Positions 23,471 through 34,908 of a stretch of 64,000 nt of DNA are shown in pieces. The translations under genes and the position numbers were made by a program. The stretch is from contig NC_083409.1 of assembly GCF_020745735.1 (NCBI RefSeq), forward strand, positions 18,682,341 through 18,746,340, given 5' to 3'. Position 1 is the first letter of the stretch, and each line of letters starts with the position of its first letter. Origin of the DNA: Hemiscyllium ocellatum. Lineage: Eukaryota. A model generated the notes under the pieces. The model was not told the DNA's origin and searched no databases. It was given only the letters and a program-made list of their open reading frames with translations.

Positions 23471-26445
23471 CAGCCGTTGGAGTCTTCCTCCAACTCCTAT
23501 TTCCCATGTCCTTGTGTGCTCCAGTGTCCTTCCCTCACAGCAGAGCTGGTTGCAGCCTGCCTGCAGTAGCAGCCTCCAGTCTCTGGGTGGTGCTACTAAA
23601 CGATCTGCATTGCCCAAGCTGTCACAGTTCCCACATTACGGTAATGTCTGGTTTTTGAAAGCATTCCATTGGCTGTAAAATATTTTCGAACATCCTAAGT
23701 TCAAGAATGATGTAACAAAAATATAATTCTCCCTCCTTTTATATTTTATCTCTATGCCTTCCCACTTGTCTCCTAAAAACATCACAGACTTGTGTAAAAT
23801 CCAGAATGAATCATGAATCTCTGGGAGAACTTACTCTGTGACAACACGGGGATTAATGACCACCTCCTCAGTGGGCTTTGAGGGTGAAGGTCAATAGCAC
23901 TCTCATTGGGACTTGATCTGAATTGTCTCCAGTTAGTCAGTGCTATTGTTCTGGGTCCAGACAGTACTGACCAACCCCGTGTTCTGATTGAGATGAAGGG
24001 TGAGCTGTGCTGGGCTTTCACACGTGGCTTACACACACATAGTGAAGCAGGGATTACCCATTTCATGAAAGTAAATGAAACTAACAAAATGGGTGGATGT
24101 GACACACCCAAACTCTCCCTAAGATAGTGGGGATAGAAACAGTAATATTCTCAGATAGAAAGGATGATAGAAATGGTACCCCACAGACAGGGGTGGGACA
24201 GGAAAAGCGACGCTATTGAAAGACAGGGGACAGAAACTGTCTGTTCCCTACTTTCTTGTTGTGACATATGTCCTTGGGAAATTGGTTTGGTTTATATTTT
24301 CTCAGTTGTATTTAGGTTTGATGAGGTGATTCGGGAACAAGGATTCCAATTCCATATTTCCTGTCACAGTAGATCCACTGAAGGTCATCCTTTCATTTGG
24401 AGCTTGCCCAGGTTTCTGTCCAGGCTGATGCAGCATGGTCTACCAGTGCTGCTCCTATTGGGCTAAACCATCACACACGAGGGAATCTGATGAACACTTT
24501 CTGTTTGTGCTGGCAAATGGAGAGATTTGCTTTCACTGAAATGGCGGCCAAAGAAATGAGTCAGTGGATGTATTTCTAGCTGAGCACAATGTTCTGATGT
24601 TCATGATGGGATTAACCTCGACAGTTCCCACTTGCCTTTACACCGACAGTGGAACAGGAAGTCACCACGCAGTGGTCTCCTGGCTCACACTGAGAAATCG
24701 TGTTGATGGTATAACTGCAGAGAGCAAGGCAATGGCTTGGACTCACCGAACAACCAGAGGCTTTGGCCAGCAACTGGATCACAGGCAAATGGCGTGTTGT
24801 ATATCTCAGGGAACAAACACAACTACTGAGCTACAAAACTGAACAGGATATTTTTATGAAAATCGGCATTCCGAAAATGAAATCCAAACACAATATGTAT
24901 AAAACCTGGGTACAATCTAATTTCAGAGAGTACAGCATTTTCTTTGAAAGCTGGACAATAATGAGATGGGAATTCAGCCACCCACTCCGTCACACGGTGT
25001 TGAAGTTGCGCTGTCCTCAGCATAACACGGTTCAAAGCCTTTTAATAACACGAAAGGGGAGAGGAACATTGCAAACTGTATTACCACGAGTGAGGATCCA
25101 TTAAAAACTAAGACCATGATGTTAAATGCTCCCAGCCATAAACAACACTGAAGGATTCCCATCATTAGTTTGTTAAACGATGTTAAAAGTCTGCCAAACA
25201 CTTTCATGAAGACAGAGTATTTTAAATCTCAAGATGCATTGATGTTGTTTTTCAGTACAATAGCAAGGAAGCAGCAGCTGACACACTTTTCTTGAGAGAA
25301 AACAATCAACAGCAGAGATCTGTCCAGTGCTGGGAACACTTTAGACAAGACAGTTTGTTGCCAGCAAGTTACTGCAGCTTGAAAACTCCAGTACAGTCAG
25401 AAAGAGAAAAAGGACAATGTGCAGATTGTTGAACAGGTCCCTACACCTGGGCCTGAGGCAGGAGCCCAAGCTCCAACACACTGGCCTCACTTCACACCAA
25501 CCTTCACACAGTGCGGGGTCATGAACTCCGGCCATCAATCCCTCTGGGACCGGGATGGAGTAGGGGAACAGGGACAATTGTAGAAGAGTCAATAAGGAGT
25601 AAAGCAAGATGGAGAGGGTGTGTTGGAAAGGGGTTTGAGGAGGAAATATACTTTGTGCCCCTCGATACTGATATTGTCCATTTGTATCACAGAAAGAACA
25701 AAACAGCACACTGTGAAGATAATCACAAGTTACACCAAAGTACTTTTCTTATCACAGGGGACATTTTCATTGTGGTACGATAAGTACCCTGCTTCTGAAG
25801 CTGGACACACTCTCTGCATCTTTGCAGTTTATTTTTTACTGATCAGGGACAGCGAAGCAGCTGCCCTCTAGTGGCGAGAGAGAGCGCTTGCCCTACTGTT
25901 GAGGATTATGGGTAAAGTCCCGTTCCATTTGCACCCACACAAACCAGCAGCCACTTCAGCAGCTTTATTGAAAATCACAAGCTTTCAAGCGGCTGCTCTT
26001 TCAACGGTGGAACTGGACTTAATACATCAGTTGAGGCCAAATCAACTTGTCATATAGCTGAGCACATCTTCCTGGCTTTTAAATACACACAATTATACGA
26101 ATTAGAGACAGATGAAGGAGATTCATCCTCTTGATCCTGTTCCACATGGTGGATCTGATTATTCCACATTCTTGCCTAACTCTGATAGATTACTGATAAG
26201 CAAGGGCTGAAAGGCTGTCTAATTCTTCATTACAACTATTCAGAGATTTCAGTTGACTATTTGAAAAAGAGTTTCAAAGACCTATGACTGTACACAAGAC
26301 AAAGAATTCTGCTTTTCTCATTCTTAAAAGAGGGAACTTATTTTAGTTTTGTATTACCTCTGAAAACGTAACATTTTTTTCACATCCAGACTGTATTCTA
26401 TGCTAATGTTGATATGGCATCTGCTTTATCAGCTGCTCTCTCATG
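23470..26445 (+). repeat. Locus-specific module copy M3 (most complete)
   Basis: Homologous to 4440-4880(-), 5900-9500(+), 34909-37450(-), 53110-56320(+). Confidence 0.85.
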
Positions 26446-28087
26446 AAAACAGCTGCCTGTGCTGACACCTTCAGTGACTAATGCACATAAGCATCCAGGT
26501 CCTACTGCCCCTACAGCTATCCATATTTGTATCCTTTAGTTTGATTTGTCTCACCACATTTTCCTTCCAAAATCGACATCTCTTTCCATTAAAATGTATC
26601 TGCAATCATCTGCTCATTCCATTCACTTACCGACATCCTGTTTGAAATTCGACACTATCTTCTTCATAAGCACAATACTTCAAAGTTTTATATCATCAGA
26701 AAACTTTGAAATTATGCCTTGTACACTCAGGTTAGCATAGATTTATTGCGAACATTTATTTTAAATAAATTATGATCTGTTTTGACCAAATTCCCCAGTC
26801 AGTTCGGCCATGGCTAACCTGGAACACATTCCCCCTTAGTTCTGTAAACCTTACTGTCCTGCGTGAACGAACATCGAATCCTGGCCTTGACAGCTTTTCC
26901 AATTGCGAGTTCCGGATTTTCACACTTTTTCAGAAGGAGTTTTTCCTGAAATCATCCTAATTTTAATTTTAACAACCCTCTTGTTCTGAACTCTGGCACG
27001 GGAGAAAACAGTTTACATCAACATTGTTAATCATTTCCAGAGGAAAAGCCTCACTTATGCAACCTGTTTGTTCTCATTAACAGTTTCAGGTCTGAAGGTG
27101 ACATGACAGGCTGGATACTGAGAGGATGGTTCCTGTTGTAGGGCAGACAAGAACTAGAGGGTCAATTTAACACAAAGCAGTCTCCCGTTTAAAACCAGGA
27201 AGTTTTGTTTTGACGTCTGAGAGTTGACAGTCTGTGGAATTCTCTTCTCTACATGGGAATGGAGCTTGGGTTTACTCAAAGTTGAGGTAGACAGATTTTT
27301 GATGAACATGGCAGTTAAGTGTAATGGGAGAATTGGGGGAAGCAGAAAGTGCAGCTGAGACCACACCCAGATGAGCAGTGATCTTCTTTCATTGGCACAG
27401 CAGCTCCCAAAAGGCCTGCTCCTGCTCCTGGGCCCTATGTTCTGGCAGTGGCTGCAGCAATCCTGGACCCCCATCTTTCCTTTGTCACTCACTGACAGAA
27501 ATATAATTTCAAAACAAACATTATTTTCTTTAACAAACTCAACTCAACTCTCGTTACATTATTTTTCTCAGCTGTCTTCTTATCGCCACAGGGTTTTGGA
27601 AACATACGTTTTGTCTTCAGTTGGAAGGGAGGCAGACAGAGACAGAGCGAGGCCTCAGAGAACACAGAGAGCTCTCACTCCGCACAGCAAAGCTTTTTTG
27701 GGTGGGGTGAAGAGGAGAGAATCACAGGGAAAAGAGAACTTAGAGTTCAAAATAAAAGCTCTTCGCATATTGCTATCACTGAATGAATTAATGTGAGAGG
27801 ATTAGAGACCCAGAACAATGAGAGTGTGGTGCATCAGAGGCTAAAAGGCAGACATTATTCCTTCTCAGGGCATGAATGCCAGTGATAAGCCTCAAATGTA
27901 TTGCCCATCTCCAGCTGCTCGGACTGCGTTCTTTGCTGAACCAGATCATGGGGCCGTTAAGAATTAATTGAGTCAGTGTGAGACTGGAGTCACAAGACCG
28001 GGTGATGACTGGGTTCCCTTGCCCAAAGAACATTCATGAACATGACATTGAGTTTCATGGGTTTTTTTGTTCAGATCCCAATGATGA

Positions 28088-28761
28088 TGTAGACCCCCTT
28101 GCAGGACCCCTCGGTCTCATGATCGGTCAACAGAATCACTAGGAGTACGGTCTGGTTAAAGCAAGGCTACTAGTTTAATAAATTAAGGCAGCCTGGCGCA
28201 GATTTGTCCAGCAACACAGAGGTTGAAAGCTTCTGTGTTCCATGGACAAATGGTACAATTATATTCAAAAATTACACGTTATTTATATGTTTTTTTAAGA
28301 GATAGGACAGCCTTAATTACAAGAAAAGACCAATCACATATAATAAGTTGACATGATTTACAGCAGGTTAATCCAATGATATTTCCTGGGAAAGGGTTCT
28401 TAATTACAAGAAAAGTTTGATCAACCATAATAAAGTGATATGATTGCCAACAGGCCAGTCCAATGATATTCCCTGGGAAACAGATTGTTATATGCACAGA
28501 ATCACCCCAGGTTTGCTAGTTCAGGATTAGTTCAAATACCAAATCACTGTTTTATAATTCCTATTCTGAAAAATCCATTGTATTCTCTTAACTAAATAGC
28601 TTAACCCAGCAAAGCAGCAGCACAAGTTCACAAGAGTCAAATCATTACTTTCAGCCATGTTGTTGTGTTATTTTAAATTGAAAATCCATTTTGTGTTTAA
28701 TAAAAATCTACATATATTTGTTGCTTCTGACAACAACCTAAATTCAAATTTTAGATCCTCA
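28088..28761 (-). mobile_element. ERV 3' LTR (674 bp)
   Basis: TG...CA ends; polypurine tract immediately upstream; TATAAA 28282-28287; ATTAAA 28174-28179; ~85-bp U3 duplication; empty-site paralog homology stops at this boundary. Confidence 0.8.
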
Positions 28762-28773
28762 TTCCCCCCTTTG
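28762..28773 (-). promoter_or_regulatory. Retroviral polypurine tract
   Basis: AAAGGGGGGAA directly followed by TG of the LTR on the minus strand. Confidence 0.8.
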
Positions 28774-28778
28774 TCATT

Positions 28779-30652
28779 CTATGACCACACCATAAAGGCA
28801 TGGATCAAATTAATCCAATCCAATGGCAGCGAAAGACTGCAGTATTTTCTCTTCCTCTGAAGATGAATCAGGGGCAGGCGATGATGCTTCTCATCATCAT
28901 CTAAGTGGAGAAGAAACATTCTCTGGGTGGAGCCAATGTTGTCAATAGAAATTAATATTTCAGCAATAATACTCTTAACAATAGCAATACCAACAACAAG
29001 ACCAACTAAAACAATAGCAGCATACATAGCCATATTAATTAGCCAGTTGTACCATGAGCCAAAACCCCAATCTCCCAATCCTGCACCTTCATTCATTTGG
29101 TTTACAAAAGTGTGGATACTATCTATATGCCTAGTAATATTTTCGATGAACAAAGTGACCCTCATGATACACTTTCCTTTGACTATGGTGCAAACTCCAC
29201 CTTCCTCCACAAGTATGTAATCAAAAGCATAGCTGTTTTGTTGGGTAAAGAGGCACCATTCTGAAAGCATGTCCCTAATTTCTATTAGGGCAGCAGTTGT
29301 CTCATTTCATGAAATCATGAGTCCACAAATGAGATAATTATGGTTTTGATGACTAATAACTCCTGAAGACCCTCCTACAGAAAGAACACTAAGAGCTGCA
29401 TATGCCAATGAGTGAGTTCTATTTTTTGATAGAACCCTTGCATTCTTCCATTCTGCACAAAAGTCAGGAGAAACTGAATGTTTAATCAGGGAATTTGAGT
29501 CTTGTTGCCAGGTAATTGGACAGGGAACAATAGTTGGAAATAGTGTTCCTACAGCTACATCATGATGTGTATCTGCTCTATTCTGGACAAGGTAGGTATA
29601 CACCTTATTGTAACTGAAAAAAATACTATCCAGGTTTAGTATAGATAATGAAGGGACCTTCCCAATAAGAAGTAGGCCTATCTTTTTAACTTCCTGGAGT
29701 ACCTGTGTAATTCATGATTACATAATTTGGCCCCGAACGTAAAGGCTGTAAACGATTTAGTCGAATGAGGGGGGTTTCTTGATAAGGGACGTGGTCGACA
29801 TCCCAGAATAGTTCTACCCATCCAATAATTGGGAAAATATTAGTGCCATTAAGGGTATCATAACGAAGGTGGGCGTTGTTACCCACCTTACAAAGGGTTT
29901 GAATACCAGTGGTAATAGAGACACATTTCTCCTTAAGGCATACACATGAGATGCAAGGTCCTTCAAGGAAGCAGTGATGACTGATACATTTAATCATAGT
30001 ACAGGGGATAATTTTAGGCACTTTAACATAAGTACATCCTCCTCATCCATGGAAGGATAAAAGGGGTCAGGAAGTCTCTTGCTGAAGTAAGGGCATAACA
30101 AAGTTCTTCATTCTCTCCAAATATTTTATTATGGGTTGTTAGAAACATATTGCTAGTGAAGGATAACATCCCCCCTTTGTCTATTTTAATATGATCTATC
30201 TGAAAGGGGACAAGGCTTACCAGGGATGCCCATTGCACAAATGTAATCAACTGGCACACAACACCTTTACAGGGTAAAGACCATTTAGACTTGTTCTGTA
30301 AATTAACTGTTCAATCTTTTTGATGCAGTTGATCACTACAATGGTCATTCTTGGTAACATTCATCTTCTCGGCACACAAGGACACCTTCCTGGCGTAGTT
30401 GGTACACAGTCTTTGTTTGCTCAGGATCGCACAGGTAAACTGTCCCTCCTTATGCACCAATGCTGGCAATGGCAAGTACACACAGCAGGTCAAGTTCGAT
30501 CTTTATCATCTCCCTCTTGCAAGGTAGGAGGCCGCGGAGTGTCCATTGTAATAAAATATAAACCATTTCCTCCTTGTATATACAATATACACATCATCAA
30601 TTAAAATAGGCAGCAGCAAAGAAGGAACACAAACTCATCTCGTAAGAGTCAT
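28779..30652 (-). pseudogene. env: ERV envelope gene, disrupted; TM subunit resembles filovirus GP2
   Basis: LICGLMIS*NETTAAL...QQNSYAFDYILVEEGGVCTIVKGKC...NITRHIDSIH, Trp-rich segment, TM helix; one stop at 29307-29309 and frameshifts in SU; the start at 30652 is tentative. Confidence 0.9.
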
Positions 30653-31739
30653 CCATATTCTGGTTTGAGTATTGAGGGAGTACCCTATTTGAGGCCGTAA
30701 TTTGTGCTCTTCAGCAGGCTAAGAGCAATTTTGAAATAAATAATTCTCAAATCAATCAAGTTCAAATAGCCCACTTGAGTAAATATATTGCCCACACTGG
30801 CAAAAGGCTCATTCATTTTAAACTCTGCACTCGAGATTCCTTTCCTACCCATTATTTTCTTACTTTATACGGAGGACCCCAGGCCTGGGTGAATTAAGCA
30901 AACCTATTTTTTATAAATCCAGCTTTGCTAAGATGTAATACTCCTCGAAGTTTTGCTACTAAAAATATCAATATTACCTAAAATTTAGATTAGTACTGCA
31001 ATATATTGTATTCTCTAAAAAAAAATACATTAACCTTTAGCCCAATCAAATGGCCTGAGCTACAGCTGCAGTTGACAGTATTTAGAATTAAGTGCAGAAA
31101 CCAGATGGGGATTTTGAGCAGAGAAGTTGGTGATGAATATTGCATGGAGGGCAATGCTGCCCCTAAATTACGGTAACATGACACAAAGCTTTCAATCCAC
31201 ACTGACATTTTCTAATCTTGAGCTAACCCTAGAATTTAGACATTGGTACTGTCTTAAAATTATAAACCATCACTGTTCAGTATCAAATATTTAAATGAAG
31301 ATAATAGCTCAGGCAGACACTCCTTCTTCGATCTAACAGCCCAATCCAAAGATAAATCAAATTAACCAGTGTGCATTCTTATAAGCTCCATACACAAAGC
31401 AAAGACATTTAGGCTTAGTGTCTACGTATGAAACCAAATCACTTGATAATTCAGTCAGTAGTACCTTGTAATATAAAGTAACTGTAATTATTGCAGAAAT
31501 GGAAATTTGCAAATTACTTCCAAATTTGTAAACAATATGGAAAGCAATTCAAACACTAAACCTGTATGATTACAGACAGTAAGCAATACAGAAATCAACC
31601 TCTACATTGTGAATTGGCACTGAACAGACAGTCTCATTCCTCCATGATTTCTGCACCTTACCCAGGTCTGGCACACATGTCCTTATACTGTGTCTAACCG
31701 GGTTTTGCTAGGGAACCAATGGGATCAGAAGTTTGGGGT

Positions 31740-31970
31740 GTAAGGCTGCCTGCTTGGCAGCTGCATCGACTTGCCTACTACTTTAGAAACAGTATCAGTT
31801 TCTTCAGCATGAGCCGAACATATTGATAATTGTCAGATTGATTGGACAAAGTAACATTACTATAACACTGCCCCCTTGAGGTTAAAGGTCTTCAATGTTC
31901 CCACAAGGCTCCAAAATCGTGGATCATATTAAAAGCACAATGAAGAATCAATGCATATTAGTAGATTTTC
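31740..31970 (-). pseudogene. pol: ERV RNase H remnant
   Basis: IDS..., HDFGALW (31901-31921), CSAHA, DAAAKQAA (31741-31767), with frameshifts; class I retrovirus-type motifs. Confidence 0.8.
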
Positions 31971-32014
31971 CTTTTGATAGGATGAAAACATGTCTATTCC
32001 CAACATCAACACCG

Positions 32015-33150
32015 AGGTACATTACTCCCCATTGGCCACATTTCAACAGTTAAAGCAAGGGCCAGGCATTTGTCCCTGGGGGATTTTGCTGTCTTGTTGC
32101 CAGTCTCAAAGGTGAAATACTGGGGCCTGCCTGTCCCCATTTTCAGGATCCCCTTGGGAAAAGAGTGTCCAGCAGTGCTCGTCAGGAGGGCACATGAGGT
32201 AGTTCCACCTCCAGTGGGTATCCTGGTTCCAATCAACCCTATCAGGGCTGGCATACGGCATTTGAGATCACGTGGGCGCTGGATACAATTGGTTTTACCT
32301 GTAACTTGCATCATGGTTCACTCCGGTTCTGGCCATCCCAATAGAAAACCACCACTCACCTCATTTGCAACTAGAAATTCCTGGACTGTTTCGTAATGTT
32401 GGTTTGGGTCCTGTCAGTGACTCCAGGTGGAAAACATTGCAAAAACAACAGACAGTTAGGCAAATCTTACAGTTTTGTAACACAAGCCATTCATATTGAG
32501 GTTACTCCAAGAATTTGACTGCATTTACATTTGTATCACCCTTGGACATATTGAGCAAATTTGGCCAGTTTGGTCTTGCAGTCAGGGGCATGGTTCATTA
32601 ACATAACTATAGTTCTTGGGATGGGACCTGGTCTAGGATGGCACAGGCGACTTATCACCATGATATTGGCTATGAAGACTGAATGCTTCATTTCCAAAAG
32701 AAGGAAAGGTTTGCAACAAGTGGGTGGTTTAAAATTAAAGCTGGGGACAATCAGGAGATGTTAGGGGCTCTGTGGGTATACAAGAACAAAATCCCAACAA
32801 AGGGTCGTTATGCCAGACATAAGCTCGGGATTCCGAGTAGAATCTAAGTTCTTTATTTTGTGGTATTGTTGCTTTAAACTTGTTTATATATTCCTCAACC
32901 TTAGTGGCCTTACACTGTTTTCTCATGTCCCTTCTTTTTATACACCCATTCACAGTCACCTCCTCAGCTTTTGGGAGTTCCATCTGCTATATCTCTATCC
33001 CCCAATCACATGCAGAATTTCTTCAACTAGCCAGGAAGGTAGCTTTCCATTCTTTAATTAACAATGAATTAATGCAGCCATGTTTTAAATTAACCATGAG
33101 GCATTGGGACAGGTCACTGACAATGTGTAAAGGGGTAAAAACAAGCGACC
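32015..33150 (-). pseudogene. gag: ERV gag remnant
   Basis: Decayed zinc knuckle CFNC*NV...C (32019-32057); MHR-like KQCKATKVEEYINKFK (~32870-32920). Confidence 0.55.
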
Positions 33151-34908
33151 CCACCAAATAATTTTGATTTGGGCTAATATAATTGATTATTATAAATATT
33201 ATAACATATTATTATAAAATAATAAATAAAATAATCATTATCTGTAATTCATGGTGTGACTAAGACATTTTAAAAACTGTACTCTGCTGCTTTATTCTTC
33301 TTTTTGCATCATTCTCTTCCTTTCTGTACTTGATCTCCTTGTTTCTATTTTCATTTTAACCTTATTTAACAATTTATGTTTGTCAAACTTTAAAGACTGT
33401 TCCTAACAATTTTGGAATTGGAATCTTGGTTTTGGAATCTTGATTGTCATAATCTGAAAGCTAGTTTTAGGATTTGAATTTTCAGCTAATCAAAAATTGC
33501 AACAGGAGAATAATTAAATAGGTGATTTGTCTCATTCACTTGTCCTGGTCACTGTATCATATGGCTGTGAATTGTGGAGCCCGCTAACACCATGGCAATG
33601 GGGCAGTGATGCTACAAAAGAAACAGTGATTGATTTACCACCCTGTTCCTCGATATGTTTGGCTATCCCTATTGTCCAAAGGGTGCAATGCTGGGTGTCA
33701 GCAGTGCCTGCTTAAGTCAGCAGGCATCCTTTTTCATTTGTTAGGGACACCTAATGATATGGATAGAATTCAGTTTGGATTTTGTTTTTGGCGAGAGCAC
33801 TGAGTGGAGTGGTACCAAGCATACTTTACGCATTACTGTGTGGGGATCCAGCTGAAGAAGAGTCCAGAAAAGAAGTTTTCATTTATTTTGTGAACATTGG
33901 AGGCTCAACAGAGCTTAGTTCTCTTTGTCTTATTTTGAGAGCAGATCTCCTCTGTAGTGATGGTCATTAGTTTGACAAGATATATCTGAATAACATGCAA
34001 CATTTTATTTTGGAAATTCATTTATTCAGTATTTAATATTGAAAATGCAAAATGTAAACGGTTCCCAACTTTGAAATCCACTATAATTATCTGGCTTTAG
34101 TCCCTTAATTTAAATCCAAGATGAGGATTCTTAAGTGGTCCTGACCAGTCATTGCCCATTTACAATGCAAAGGTCATGAAACAACTGAAGCTGCCTTAAA
34201 ATGCCTTGTATATTCAAATGAAAAAAAAACTCCCAATGCAGGAATAATGGCCAAATCCAAAGACACAGATACTAACCATAGGATATTAATTTGGTTAGAT
34301 GATTTATCACAAGCTAATGCTAAACTGAAACTTCAATTGTCATTGAGGGAGGGGACTCCCTCAATGAGACTACAACTGTCCTTACCAATAATCACCATTA
34401 AAGCACAGCAATCTTAAAATTAAGTGGCAATAAACGAGTCTGAAACAAAAAAAAACTTATAATGTTGTTTTCCTCCATATTAAACTGATTTGAAATTGAA
34501 TAAGGTTGTCTTTCATGTAAGGTTAAAAGAGATTGGTTAGAAACTGACAGTAGGGCAGTCATGACCTGTTAAAAGAACAGGTGTTAACATTTTATTTCAT
34601 AACAACTGAAGGGTCCTTAAACTTAAAAGAAATCATGTTAAATTTCCAAAATGCAAATCAGATTCAAAACAGTCCTGGATCTTGAACTCCAGGGAACAAA
34701 GGACAAACATTCAATCACCAACAAACAAATGTGTATTCAAACCGAATCACAAAGGGTGAATCTTTGTATGAGCTTTAGGGCTTTCTCTGCCTCTTTCTCT
34801 ACCTCTGTCTCTCACACAGACACACACACCATATCTCAGTCTTTAGTACAGTAGGGCAGTCATGACCTGTAAAAAGAACAGGAGTTAATATTTTATTTCA
34901 TAATCACT

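Larger units (their letters stand above)
16100..26445 (+). repeat. Segmental duplication unit 1 (pseudo-C-kappa unit)
   Basis: Colinear with 45150-56320 across the intron, C exon, 3'UTR, shared PLE, CR1 and module; both matches end at ctctctcatg. Confidence 0.92.

Noticed and set aside
24430-24842. Second module frame (YQCCSYWAKP...TDSG) faintly resembling a V domain
   Set aside because: Stop in M3 and frameshifts in M4 and M5; the motif matches are too weak.
25341-25709. Hydrophobic, Cys-rich minus-strand ORF recurring in module copies
   Set aside because: Antisense of a purine-rich strand, and it has stops in M5; the plus frame is better preserved.
25677-25715. CACTGTG with a weak nonamer 23 bp upstream in the module copies
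   Set aside because: Nonamer matches only 4-5 of 9 and no J-like coding sequence or splice donor follows.
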